39,158 nucleotides of DNA from a virus. Each line of letters starts with the position of its first letter. The first letter of the stretch is position 1. Made by a program: the position numbers and the translations under genes. The notes under the pieces are model-generated. The model was not told where the DNA came from, ran no database searches, and saw nothing but the letters and a program-made list of their open reading frames with translations. Positions 8,889-16,138 of the stretch are shown here, piece by piece. The DNA lies in IMG/VR virus record IMGVR_UViG_3300046373_000033, positions 1-39,158 of that record. One strand, 5' to 3'.

Positions 8889-9040
8889 GATTTTCTGTAT
8901 TCTTCAATGTGTTGTGGTTCAAACCGGATGCATTTCAATCCGTACCGGCAGCAGGGGATCGGGCCTTTAGGGGCGGCCAGGTCGTACATCGTTCGTTTGC
9001 TGACTCCCAGAATGTCAGCCGCTTGTTGTGCGTCGATCAT
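8696..9040 (-). CDS. xis: Excisionase-like HTH protein (MerR/AlpA-type). Only the first ~53 aa look like the domain.
   Basis: MIDAQQAADILGVSKRTMYDLAAPKGPIPCCRYGLKCIRFEPQHIEEYRK. The frame stays open for 64 further codons across the int start. Confidence 0.6.
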   Translation of the reverse strand: MIDAQQAADILGVSKRTMYDLAAPKGPIPCCRYGLKCIRFEPQHIEEYRKSCQHISIVQRVVGALSSQRLSMEQGSGLLSSFRKDGLAPRPKRTQKQKQTASTKMRLIQGLKGT

Positions 9041-9042
9041 TC

Positions 9043-9339
9043 TTAATTTCCCCCCTTGCCATTTCTGTGTATATCCTCTCGCATCCTTTGCCTGGAATCA
9101 GCAATCCTTTTTCGTTCTCGCTGCACAATCAAAGCAAAGATAGGAGCTGAAATTGGTAGCAATATCAAAGTTATGATTCGGACAAACGGCGCAACGAAGT
9201 ACAAAAATGATGTTTTGAAGCTTTCCCACATATCCGTAATTTCGTGGAGACGTAAAGGCCATTGGATCAAACCCTTTGCAACTATGCGTAGAGATTGCAA
9301 ATAGGTCATGTCTTTATTGAAAACGTCTCGATCAATCAT
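9043..9339 (-). CDS. Small membrane protein, unknown function
   Basis: Track ORF 9043..9345 starts at TTG. ATG 9339 follows GGAGGG. Hydrophobic FLYFVAPFVRIITLILLPISAPIFALIV. AT-rich gene. Confidence 0.55.
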   Translation of the reverse strand: MIDRDVFNKDMTYLQSLRIVAKGLIQWPLRLHEITDMWESFKTSFLYFVAPFVRIITLILLPISAPIFALIVQRERKRIADSRQRMREDIHRNGKGGN

Positions 9340-9341
9340 CC

Positions 9342-9578
9342 TCAATTCCCTCCCTGTTCCTGCTTTGGCAAAACACGCTCAAGAATTTCGTTGAGTACAT
9401 CGATCCTAATTAACAATTCGTTTTTTTCTTCTCCTTGGTGATCTAAATTCATCTTCAAATTGTTGAGTTCTTTTCCAATTTGCATCGCCGTCATTGGCTC
9501 GCCGTTTTTGCATACAACGCCGGCTGTTAGCTTGTATGCTTCCTTCCACGAAAAAAACTTTCTATATTGATTACTCAT
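9342..9578 (-). CDS. Hypothetical protein (78 aa)
   Basis: ATGA overlap with the upstream HD hydrolase gene. AT-rich. Confidence 0.55.
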   Translation of the reverse strand: MSNQYRKFFSWKEAYKLTAGVVCKNGEPMTAMQIGKELNNLKMNLDHQGEEKNELLIRIDVLNEILERVLPKQEQGGN

Positions 9579-10087
9579 TTCTCGTCTCCCTGTTCCTGCA
9601 AAACGGTTTGTGAGCGCGCCAGTGCGAGTAAGCGTGGATCTGCCTTGGTCATAACATCCAGCAGTAGCCGTTTTTCCTCAAGGTATGTGACGGCGAACTT
9701 AGGATCGTGCATGACGATGCTCGATGTGTTGCTAATCAAGTCCGCGCACTTGACAGACTGTATCCACGCGGAACAGGAAGCCAAGCGTTCGCGGGACAAC
9801 TGCTTACGTTCCGAACGGTTACCACTTTCGATATCGGAAAGTCCAGAAACACCAATGGCTACATGCACGCCAAATTCATCTTCAATGGTTGCTAAACTAA
9901 CCCCACAATCTTCGACGCAGTCGTGTAGCCAAGCAGTTGCCAACACAACTTGGCCGAGGTTGAGCGTTGATACGATCCCCGCCACTTCCGCCAAATGATC
10001 CGAGTACGGATTGCCGGTGTACTTTCTAACTTGATCTTTATGCGCCTCGCGGGCAAACATCATTGCCCTGTATGCCAAATCACTCAT
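9575..10087 (-). CDS. SpoT/RelA-type HD-domain (p)ppGpp pyrophosphohydrolase (small alarmone hydrolase)
   Basis: AHKDQVRKYTGNPYSDHLAEVAGIV ... ATAWLHDCVEDC matches the SpoT hydrolase signature (AH.GQ.RK.G.PY..H...VA ... LHD..ED). No synthetase domain. Start chosen at ATG 10087 (GGGGGA upstream); 10099 or 10180 are possible. Confidence 0.8.
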   Translation of the reverse strand: MSDLAYRAMMFAREAHKDQVRKYTGNPYSDHLAEVAGIVSTLNLGQVVLATAWLHDCVEDCGVSLATIEDEFGVHVAIGVSGLSDIESGNRSERKQLSRERLASCSAWIQSVKCADLISNTSSIVMHDPKFAVTYLEEKRLLLDVMTKADPRLLALARSQTVLQEQGDEK

Positions 10088-10295
10088 CTTTTCCCCCATG
10101 TTCACACTCACTGCACCCTGGATCACTCTGCCACGCCGTGTATCGACAGTTCGTTGAATTGACGTGCTGTACCTCCACATCGTTGCGCACCCTGATAGGC
10201 GTCATGTACTGGTCAAACGCTTCCTTGTAGCCGTCCTGGGCGATGTAGGAGGGCTTGAAGGGTGGGCGGTTGTGGCATTGGTATTCGCGAGTCAT
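10080..10295 (-). CDS. Hypothetical protein (71 aa)
   Basis: ATGA-coupled to the upstream gene and overlaps the downstream start by 8 nt. Confidence 0.5.
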   Translation of the reverse strand: MTREYQCHNRPPFKPSYIAQDGYKEAFDQYMTPIRVRNDVEVQHVNSTNCRYTAWQSDPGCSECEHGGKDE

Positions 10296-10675
10296 TTACC
10301 CTCCTGCGCTGCGAGCAATGCCCTGGCGAACTTGATTACATCGTTTTTATAGGCCCACTCAGAGTTGTAAGCGGACCTCATAGGAAGGCCCGCAGCCATA
10401 GCCACCTCTTCAATCCGCTCATCCGTCATTGGCTGCGGTGCGGGTGGCGTAGGGGCAGGTTCGAGCGCAAACAAATATCGAAGCCAATCCTGCGCGCCAC
10501 CTTTGGTCAGATGGCCGTTTTCCTTTGCGGCCCACTCAGGCCAGCAGCCATCAAACCCTGAGCATTCCAGTTGATCGCGCATTTTCTTGACGGTGGTGGA
10601 ACTCCCGCCATACAGCATAAGAAATGATCGCACTGCACGGTTCTCGCCGTCCTCTTTATCAATCAATTCACTCAT
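10292..10675 (-). CDS. Hypothetical early protein (127 aa)
   Basis: Track ORF 10292..10759. ATG 10675 overlaps the upstream stop by 8 nt, the same junction style as at 10080/10087. Confidence 0.55.
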   Translation of the reverse strand: MSELIDKEDGENRAVRSFLMLYGGSSTTVKKMRDQLECSGFDGCWPEWAAKENGHLTKGGAQDWLRYLFALEPAPTPPAPQPMTDERIEEVAMAAGLPMRSAYNSEWAYKNDVIKFARALLAAQEGK

Positions 10676-10877
10676 GCTTATCTCCTGCGCAGATATCAAG
10701 GAAGTCATCCCGGCATGCTTCGCGCAATTCTTTCCAGGTCTCTTTGTTAGCAAACTCATGGGTAAATACTGGGCGGCCTAACATATTTTCCGCATAGCCA
10801 TGGATGTCTGAGAATGGACCGCATGCGATACCTGTAAATGCGCCGATGATGGCGGCTTGTTCGTTTGTCAGTTTCAT
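10668..10877 (-). CDS. Hypothetical protein (69 aa)
   Basis: ORF track. ATGA-coupled with the DUF551-type gene. Confidence 0.55.
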   Translation of the reverse strand: MKLTNEQAAIIGAFTGIACGPFSDIHGYAENMLGRPVFTHEFANKETWKELREACRDDFLDICAGDKHE

Positions 10878-11443
10878 GCTGGCTTATCTCCTGCGTCGGT
10901 TGAGTCGATGGGTGGAAGATTTGGAAACGGCATCCAGTGCGTGACGCTACAGACGTGATGCACTTCACCGAACCCTGTTTCATATTCCACGTAACGCCAT
11001 TGACCATCAAAGCAAAGTCTAGCCTCAACACAATAATCCGTGGGGAATGGATACACCAGACAGTTACCCTCTTGAACCGGCAACCGCTCCTTCACGCTTA
11101 CCCATTGCTCGGCGGGTGGGGTGGGTTGAGCGAATAGCGGTCGGATTTGAAAGTTCTCCCGTGGGTACAACATCAAAACCTCGGCGGCTGCTTTGTCGCA
11201 GATGCTCCAATCCGACCATCCCTCGCCATCACCGGCAAACCATCGAGTTTGATACGCTTGCGGCTCCTGCCCTTGCTCGGCTTGCAGGGCGGCGAACGCA
11301 TCGAGCATTGCCGCGATGTCTTCACCAGTCACCGACAACGTGGAGTCCTGATCGATCCGCCTTCGAACCCATGCGGCCATGTTGCGCACGTTTTCAGGCG
11401 ACAGCTTGTTCGGTGCTTTGAGCGCTTCGAATGTGGGGTTCAT
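10874..11443 (-). CDS. DUF551-domain protein
   Basis: C-terminus WVSVKERLPVQEGNCLVY...DGQWRY...VTHWMPFPNLPP fits the DUF551 pattern (W.SV.D.LP...VTHWMPLP). Start placed at ATG 11443 (AGAGGA 6 nt upstream). Confidence 0.7.
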   Translation of the reverse strand: MNPTFEALKAPNKLSPENVRNMAAWVRRRIDQDSTLSVTGEDIAAMLDAFAALQAEQGQEPQAYQTRWFAGDGEGWSDWSICDKAAAEVLMLYPRENFQIRPLFAQPTPPAEQWVSVKERLPVQEGNCLVYPFPTDYCVEARLCFDGQWRYVEYETGFGEVHHVCSVTHWMPFPNLPPIDSTDAGDKPA

Positions 11444-11601
11444 GGCCGATCCTCTGCTTGGTTTCCAATAGTGAACAAGGTGGGCGTAATGCCCCAATAC
11501 CTTCCTGTTTCTTCCACAGGGCCAATCCAAGTCCATACGCCGTTACGATCAGCGATAAGCCAAGTCGCCCAAGGTGGCGCGTCTTTCCAATCTGGTTTCA
11601 T
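11440..11601 (-). CDS. Small Trp-rich protein (53 aa), not in the ORF track
   Basis: Hand translation gives MKPDWKDAPPWATWLIADRNGVWTWIGPVEETGRYWGITPTLFTIGNQAEDRP. ATGA overlaps at both ends (11598-11601 and 11440-11443). Confidence 0.55.
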   Translation of the reverse strand: MKPDWKDAPPWATWLIADRNGVWTWIGPVEETGRYWGITPTLFTIGNQAEDRP

Positions 11602-11960
11602 GATTGCAGTCCCTTCTTCATGGCTTTATCGAATGCTTCCTCAAGGTACTCCTGACATGTACATGGCGCAGTATCTTCAACGACGTACTGACCCCATTCG
11701 TAAGCCGCATCCGAAATAGCTTCACGTAAAACTGCGATCTCCGCATCCTTCACCCCAGCCGCGCTTACTTGCTCCAGTTCGGCTATGCGCTTGTGGGCGG
11801 CGGTGAGGTCGCGACCGAGGACTGCAATATCATGCTTCGCATCTTTGAAAGCATAGACCAAAGCTGCTTCTGATTGCTTCGCCATCAACTCAGGGGCAGA
11901 TTTACTCCACTGGTCTGGTGTGCGAGCGAGCTTTGAATAAACACGTGGCGTATCGCTCAT
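11598..11960 (-). CDS. Hypothetical coiled-coil protein (MSDTPRV... family, paralogue of 24989..25195)
   Basis: MSDTPRVYSKL...AHKRIAELEQ. ATGA-coupled upstream. Confidence 0.6.
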   Translation of the reverse strand: MSDTPRVYSKLARTPDQWSKSAPELMAKQSEAALVYAFKDAKHDIAVLGRDLTAAHKRIAELEQVSAAGVKDAEIAVLREAISDAAYEWGQYVVEDTAPCTCQEYLEEAFDKAMKKGLQS

Positions 11961-13426
11961 GGCTTTTCCTTTGGTGCGCTTACTTGCGTATCGTCTGTAT
12001 CTTGAAAACGATGCTGCCTACGAATTACCTTCTTTGGTGCGCTTACTTGCGGGCGGGATGCGAGGGCGGCCTCTATTTTTGCAATAAGATTTTTTTCCAT
12101 AGTGCTGGCCTCCGTTTCCAGAAGCTTTATTCCCCCATCATCGGCATTCGAATTCTCACGCACCATGTGAATCAGATCAGCGTATGCATGCGCATATCCA
12201 TATGCCGCCTTGAGAACTGTCTCCCGCTCCGCCGCCAGATCGACCTGGGCAGGTGCTTGCGGGCGAATATTGGCTGACACGAAAGTGATTTGGCACCAGT
12301 TTTGCAGATCGCGTGTCAGCAGGTAAGCGTGCGTCAGCCGATCGTAGGAATCGAACAGCGCCGCCCATTTGACCTTGGGCATTGCTCCACTACCATTGTC
12401 TTCCAGGTATTCCAGGCGATGTTCTATCGTCCGGGCATTTTGCAGCCAATCCTCGCCAGCACGAGCTGCGTCAATTTCGTCCAAGAACGTGAGCCGTGTC
12501 CCCGCCAGATCGGGCGTAGCTGTCAACGATTGGTTGACTACTGGGGCGGCAACACATAAAGCCCGCGTTTCGTAAGACCAATTACCAACCTGAGGGCGCT
12601 CTAAGAGACCATCATATTGACCCTTGCTGCATCTTTGCCATTTGCCCCAAGTTTCGATTGTTTTCCAGCGCATCCTGCATTGGTATTCAACTATTTCTGG
12701 CACCTCGCCTGCATCACCCTGCGCAGCAACCGGGGCGGCAGCTTCCGCACATTCAGGGCAACTTTCGCTTGATCCAGGTTCGCCAATGTAGACATCACCG
12801 CAGGAGCACATCAGCCTGGTGAGTCGATTCTCACCGGCATCGCTGGCATTGCCCGGTGTCGGCGCTAGCCCGGCGTCCTGGAACAACAGCATGTCCTCCG
12901 GTGTCGGCGCTACTTCATATTTGTCGAGTACGGCAGCAAACTCTTTCTGTTTTGCTTCTGTCCAAGGAACCTCCATGCCTGGGAATGGCGCACAAAATGC
13001 CAGTGCTTTCACGGCTTTGGCAAGCTGACCGTTGCTGGAGTCATCGAAATTTCCAGCGGTCAGAGGTGTCTGCGCTACTGCTGGCAGTGGGGCGGCAATA
13101 TCGCCATCTTCGATCAAATCCTGCACAACGTCAGCGTGGTAGGTGCGGTAATCGACATACGCCACGTCCGTAAAACAGCCTTCCACAGTGTCGTTGTGGC
13201 CCCGCTGGTAGCCGCTATTGAATGAGTAGATCAAGTCAGATTCAATGGCTTGCGGCGCAGCTTTGAGCGCGGCGAGTTCGGCCTCAAGTTCTTCGATGCG
13301 AGCGCCAAGGCAATAGACGAATTTGTTTCCCGCCAGTGATTGCCAAGGCTTGCCATAACGCAGTGCGCGCAAGCCATTGTCATCATGAATCAAAGTGTAT
13401 TTGCCACTTTCGAGATCGATTTTCAT
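11957..13426 (-). CDS. Large mosaic early protein (489 aa), function unknown (Ead/Ea22-like modular style)
   Basis: N-terminal module with coiled coil (IEELEAELAALKAA), a Cys cluster CSCGDVYIGEPGSSESCPEC, and a C-terminal duplicated QVSAPK peptide. Confidence 0.6.
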   Translation of the reverse strand: MKIDLESGKYTLIHDDNGLRALRYGKPWQSLAGNKFVYCLGARIEELEAELAALKAAPQAIESDLIYSFNSGYQRGHNDTVEGCFTDVAYVDYRTYHADVVQDLIEDGDIAAPLPAVAQTPLTAGNFDDSSNGQLAKAVKALAFCAPFPGMEVPWTEAKQKEFAAVLDKYEVAPTPEDMLLFQDAGLAPTPGNASDAGENRLTRLMCSCGDVYIGEPGSSESCPECAEAAAPVAAQGDAGEVPEIVEYQCRMRWKTIETWGKWQRCSKGQYDGLLERPQVGNWSYETRALCVAAPVVNQSLTATPDLAGTRLTFLDEIDAARAGEDWLQNARTIEHRLEYLEDNGSGAMPKVKWAALFDSYDRLTHAYLLTRDLQNWCQITFVSANIRPQAPAQVDLAAERETVLKAAYGYAHAYADLIHMVRENSNADDGGIKLLETEASTMEKNLIAKIEAALASRPQVSAPKKVIRRQHRFQDTDDTQVSAPKEKP

Positions 13427-13716
13427 TCTTCACCTTTCAGTATTTGTTCGATGGGCAGGGAGCGGATGGCATCTATGCACTCCGTTACGACTTCTGCCGG
13501 GTCAGCATCGAAATGTTCGTCTTCGTCTTTTGGGTACGCGACTAAACAAAGCTTCGCCGCCGCCTCCCTCGCCTTTTCAGCCCCTCTACGCTCTGCCGCA
13601 GCAATGTCGCGCTGGTAGTCTTCGAAGGTGACGATCGGTCCTTTTTCGTTTGCTGTAAGACGACGATTAAAAATCTCATACCGCTGCACCGCTACAGGTG
13701 CTTCTTTAGTGGTCAT
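13423..13716 (-). CDS. Hypothetical protein (97 aa)
   Basis: ORF track. ATGA overlap with the downstream gene. Confidence 0.55.
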   Translation of the reverse strand: MTTKEAPVAVQRYEIFNRRLTANEKGPIVTFEDYQRDIAAAERRGAEKAREAAAKLCLVAYPKDEDEHFDADPAEVVTECIDAIRSLPIEQILKGEE

Positions 13717-13762
13717 GCTTGATCCTTACTTAGGCCACGCTATGTCTTTGAGTTCGGCTCGA

Positions 13763-14209
13763 TCAGAATGGCAAATCTTCCAAATCATCGAATTTAGTGG
13801 CCTGACTTTGAGGTGATGGATTCGCTGATGGTCTTTGCTGCTGCGGACGTTGTTGGCTGGATTGCTGGGAATCTTGCTTTCCGCCTAACATTTGCATCGT
13901 GTCGGCTTTGATATCGGTCGCGTACTTTTCGACGCCATCCTTGTCCGTGTATTTGCGGGTGCGCAGGCTGCCTTCGACATACACCTGAGAACCCTTCTTC
14001 AGGTACTGGCCGGCGATCTCGGCCAGCTTGCCAAAGAATGTGATGCGGTGCCATTCCGTCTGCTCCTTCTTTTCACCGGTGTTCTTGTCTTTCCACGAGT
14101 CGGTGGTGGCAACGGCGATGGTAGTCATGGCGTCGCCGCTGGGCATGTAGCGTGTTTCGGGATCGCGGCCAAGGTTGCCAACGATGATGACTTTATTAAC
14201 TGATGCCAT
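13763..14209 (-). CDS. ssb: Single-stranded DNA-binding protein
   Basis: [35 protein letters not shown]...[37 protein letters not shown], a Q/P-rich linker and an acidic tip DDLEDLPF. Confidence 0.92.
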   Translation of the reverse strand: MASVNKVIIVGNLGRDPETRYMPSGDAMTTIAVATTDSWKDKNTGEKKEQTEWHRITFFGKLAEIAGQYLKKGSQVYVEGSLRTRKYTDKDGVEKYATDIKADTMQMLGGKQDSQQSSQQRPQQQRPSANPSPQSQATKFDDLEDLPF

Positions 14210-14218
14210 GATGATTCC

Positions 14219-14875
14219 TTAAGCGGCTTCTAATACGTTGTGGTGGGACCGGATCTTCTCGACGGTTTCGTTTAAGTAATCGCGTGCTGCTTGAACTTTG
14301 GTGATGATCTTTTTCTCAAGCTTGTCATCACGCTCAATGTTCACAGTCGTAACCCTGAGCGCTTCTTCAATGTGATCGACATAGTGCAAGTCTTCTTGCT
14401 CATACTTGATCAACTCGTCAGGAGTGCTGACCATGCAATAAGCGACCTGGAATTGATCCACGTCCCAAAGCATCATGTAGACGCGGCCCTGCCAGTCGTA
14501 TCCGGCTTCTTTAACTGCTTTGGCTGCAACGTCTGGGGAAGCTGGGAAGGTAGCCAGAGACCACGATGTTTTAATATCGATGATCTTTTTTTCTGGAACA
14601 AAAATATCGCACTCGCCAGTTACCCATTCGTTTGATTTCCGCTCGGCATTCTTCTTATGGGCTGTAAAGAAAACGGAGTTGTATAGCTCTATCGACTGGT
14701 CCTCACAGATAATTCCTTTTTCCATTTCCTTCCCGGAAATTACCTTGTTGTAGCCATACACATATTCTTTGGCTATCTGGTTAAGGGCAGTCTTAGCGCC
14801 TTCAGACAAAGGCTCGTCTGCCTTCTTTGCATCAGTCATAATTGTGCTGATCGATGATGCGCGAAACTTGATCAT
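14219..14875 (-). CDS. PD-(D/E)XK recombination exonuclease (YqaJ/lambda-Exo-like)
   Basis: GECDIFVPEKKIIDIKTS gives a D...D-x-K arrangement. N-terminal RASSISTIM is typical of the YqaJ family. Adjacent to ssb. Confidence 0.6.
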   Translation of the reverse strand: MIKFRASSISTIMTDAKKADEPLSEGAKTALNQIAKEYVYGYNKVISGKEMEKGIICEDQSIELYNSVFFTAHKKNAERKSNEWVTGECDIFVPEKKIIDIKTSWSLATFPASPDVAAKAVKEAGYDWQGRVYMMLWDVDQFQVAYCMVSTPDELIKYEQEDLHYVDHIEEALRVTTVNIERDDKLEKKIITKVQAARDYLNETVEKIRSHHNVLEAA

Positions 14876-15357
14876 GCTGCCTCCTTCTCAAAATCAGCGA
14901 TGACCGTTAATTGATCCTCGGTGAGGGTGAAATTACCGCGAAGCTTTCCTAATGTGTATTCACCCCTGCGTATTGATTCCAGCGCGGCAGATAGGCGCGC
15001 TTCATTGATTGGTGGTTTTGGCTTAGCTGCCACGCTAGGTCTGATGCGAAGACACTCCACCATTTCGCCGCCCATTTTTGCAGTGCTGGCAAACAAGGTA
15101 ATTTCTTTGCCCGCCCAATCTTCAATGAATGGCCCATACAGCTTGTGGATTGACTTGCTATTGGTTGCATTGAGAATCATCGGCTTCTGGCCTTTGATGT
15201 AGCAGATGGAGTGATCTTCTTTTTTTCCACCCATCATCGTGACGGTTTCGAGCTGCACATAATCTATCGTCACAGTCATGTCATCGCCGTTAGGCAATGC
15301 ATATGCACCGATAAACCTAGGGTCAACCAGAGTCTTCCAATGCGTTTTCGTTTCCAT
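14872..15357 (-). CDS. Conserved phage protein (161 aa) occupying the annealase slot upstream of the exonuclease
   Basis: ATGA-coupled to the exonuclease gene. AAAGGA lies 6 nt before the ATG. No RecT, Erf or Rad52 motif recognised. Confidence 0.6.
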   Translation of the reverse strand: METKTHWKTLVDPRFIGAYALPNGDDMTVTIDYVQLETVTMMGGKKEDHSICYIKGQKPMILNATNSKSIHKLYGPFIEDWAGKEITLFASTAKMGGEMVECLRIRPSVAAKPKPPINEARLSAALESIRRGEYTLGKLRGNFTLTEDQLTVIADFEKEAA

Positions 15358-15409
15358 GTTTAGTCCTTTGCTCGGGGGCTAAGTTTTTAGGGGTACTTCT
15401 ATAAAACTG

Positions 15410-15583
15410 TCACTTCACCTTGCATACCGCTGTCTGACTTGGAGGCACTTCACCGATGCCGGCCAATGACATGAAGAAAAGGATTGCCGCCATGATGAGC
15501 ATCCCTGCCGCTGCATCCTTCCAGGTGACTTCCCTGCCGCACTGTCCGCCGATCTGGTTAGCCGATTGCTTGTAGTCCTTCAT
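15410..15583 (-). CDS. Small membrane protein (57 aa), not in the ORF track
   Basis: Hand translation gives MKDYKQSANQIGGQCGREVTWKDAAAGMLIMAAILFFMSLAGIGEVPPSQTAVCKVK. ATGA overlap with the upstream stop. Confidence 0.5.
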   Translation of the reverse strand: MKDYKQSANQIGGQCGREVTWKDAAAGMLIMAAILFFMSLAGIGEVPPSQTAVCKVK

Positions 15584-15885
15584 GTCGCTTTCTCCACGGT
15601 TTCGTTGGCTGCGTATCCGATTGCCATGTGCATCATCAGCCCGTATATGCCCATTGCTTCGCTTGTCTTGCCTTCCAGGTACAAAGCGAAAGCGCGCTTG
15701 ATCTTTTCCGCATTCACTTCATGACAGAAGGTAGCTACAACATCGTTGATCTGCGAATCTGTGTGCTGAGTGAGCATGAATCCGGGCTTTTGCGCTGCGA
15801 CCAATGTTTTCTTGATCTGCTCCATAGCAGCATTCAGTTCCAACTCAAATATCTCGTCAGCGTCGATGTAAAGTCGTTGGTTCAT
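15580..15885 (-). CDS. Hypothetical protein (101 aa)
   Basis: Track ORF 15580..16062. Start placed at ATG 15885 (GGAGGGAG upstream): MNQRLYIDADEIFELELNAAMEQIKK... Confidence 0.55.
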   Translation of the reverse strand: MNQRLYIDADEIFELELNAAMEQIKKTLVAAQKPGFMLTQHTDSQINDVVATFCHEVNAEKIKRAFALYLEGKTSEAMGIYGLMMHMAIGYAANETVEKAT

Positions 15886-15986
15886 GACTCCCTCCGTGCA
15901 ATAATCGCGTCGATGATCTCGACAGCCTGAGTCGATATCTCCGGTATCCAGCGCTTTGACGGATAAGGCCAAGCTTGTGCACTCAT
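15882..15986 (-). CDS. Micro-ORF (34 aa), tentative
   Basis: MSAQAWPYPSKRWIPEISTQAVEIIDAIIARRES, with ATGA overlaps at both ends. Confidence 0.3.
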   Translation of the reverse strand: MSAQAWPYPSKRWIPEISTQAVEIIDAIIARRES

Positions 15987-16126
15987 TTCCACCTCCGAAG
16001 TTGTTCTTTAATGTCAGCCAATTTCCACAAGTCTGAGCGCTTAGGTGCGGTGCACTCGTCAATGATTCGGCACATCACCAGCGCTGAAATAGCGCCCATC
16101 AGCAGGAAGTAAGTGAGCAGTGACAT
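15983..16126 (-). CDS. Micro-ORF (47 aa) with one hydrophobic helix, tentative
   Basis: MSLLTYFLLMGAISALVMCRIIDECTAPKRSDLWKLADIKEQLRRWK. GAGG lies 5 nt before ATG 16126. Confidence 0.4.
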   Translation of the reverse strand: MSLLTYFLLMGAISALVMCRIIDECTAPKRSDLWKLADIKEQLRRWK

Positions 16127-16138
16127 GTGGGCCTCAGA

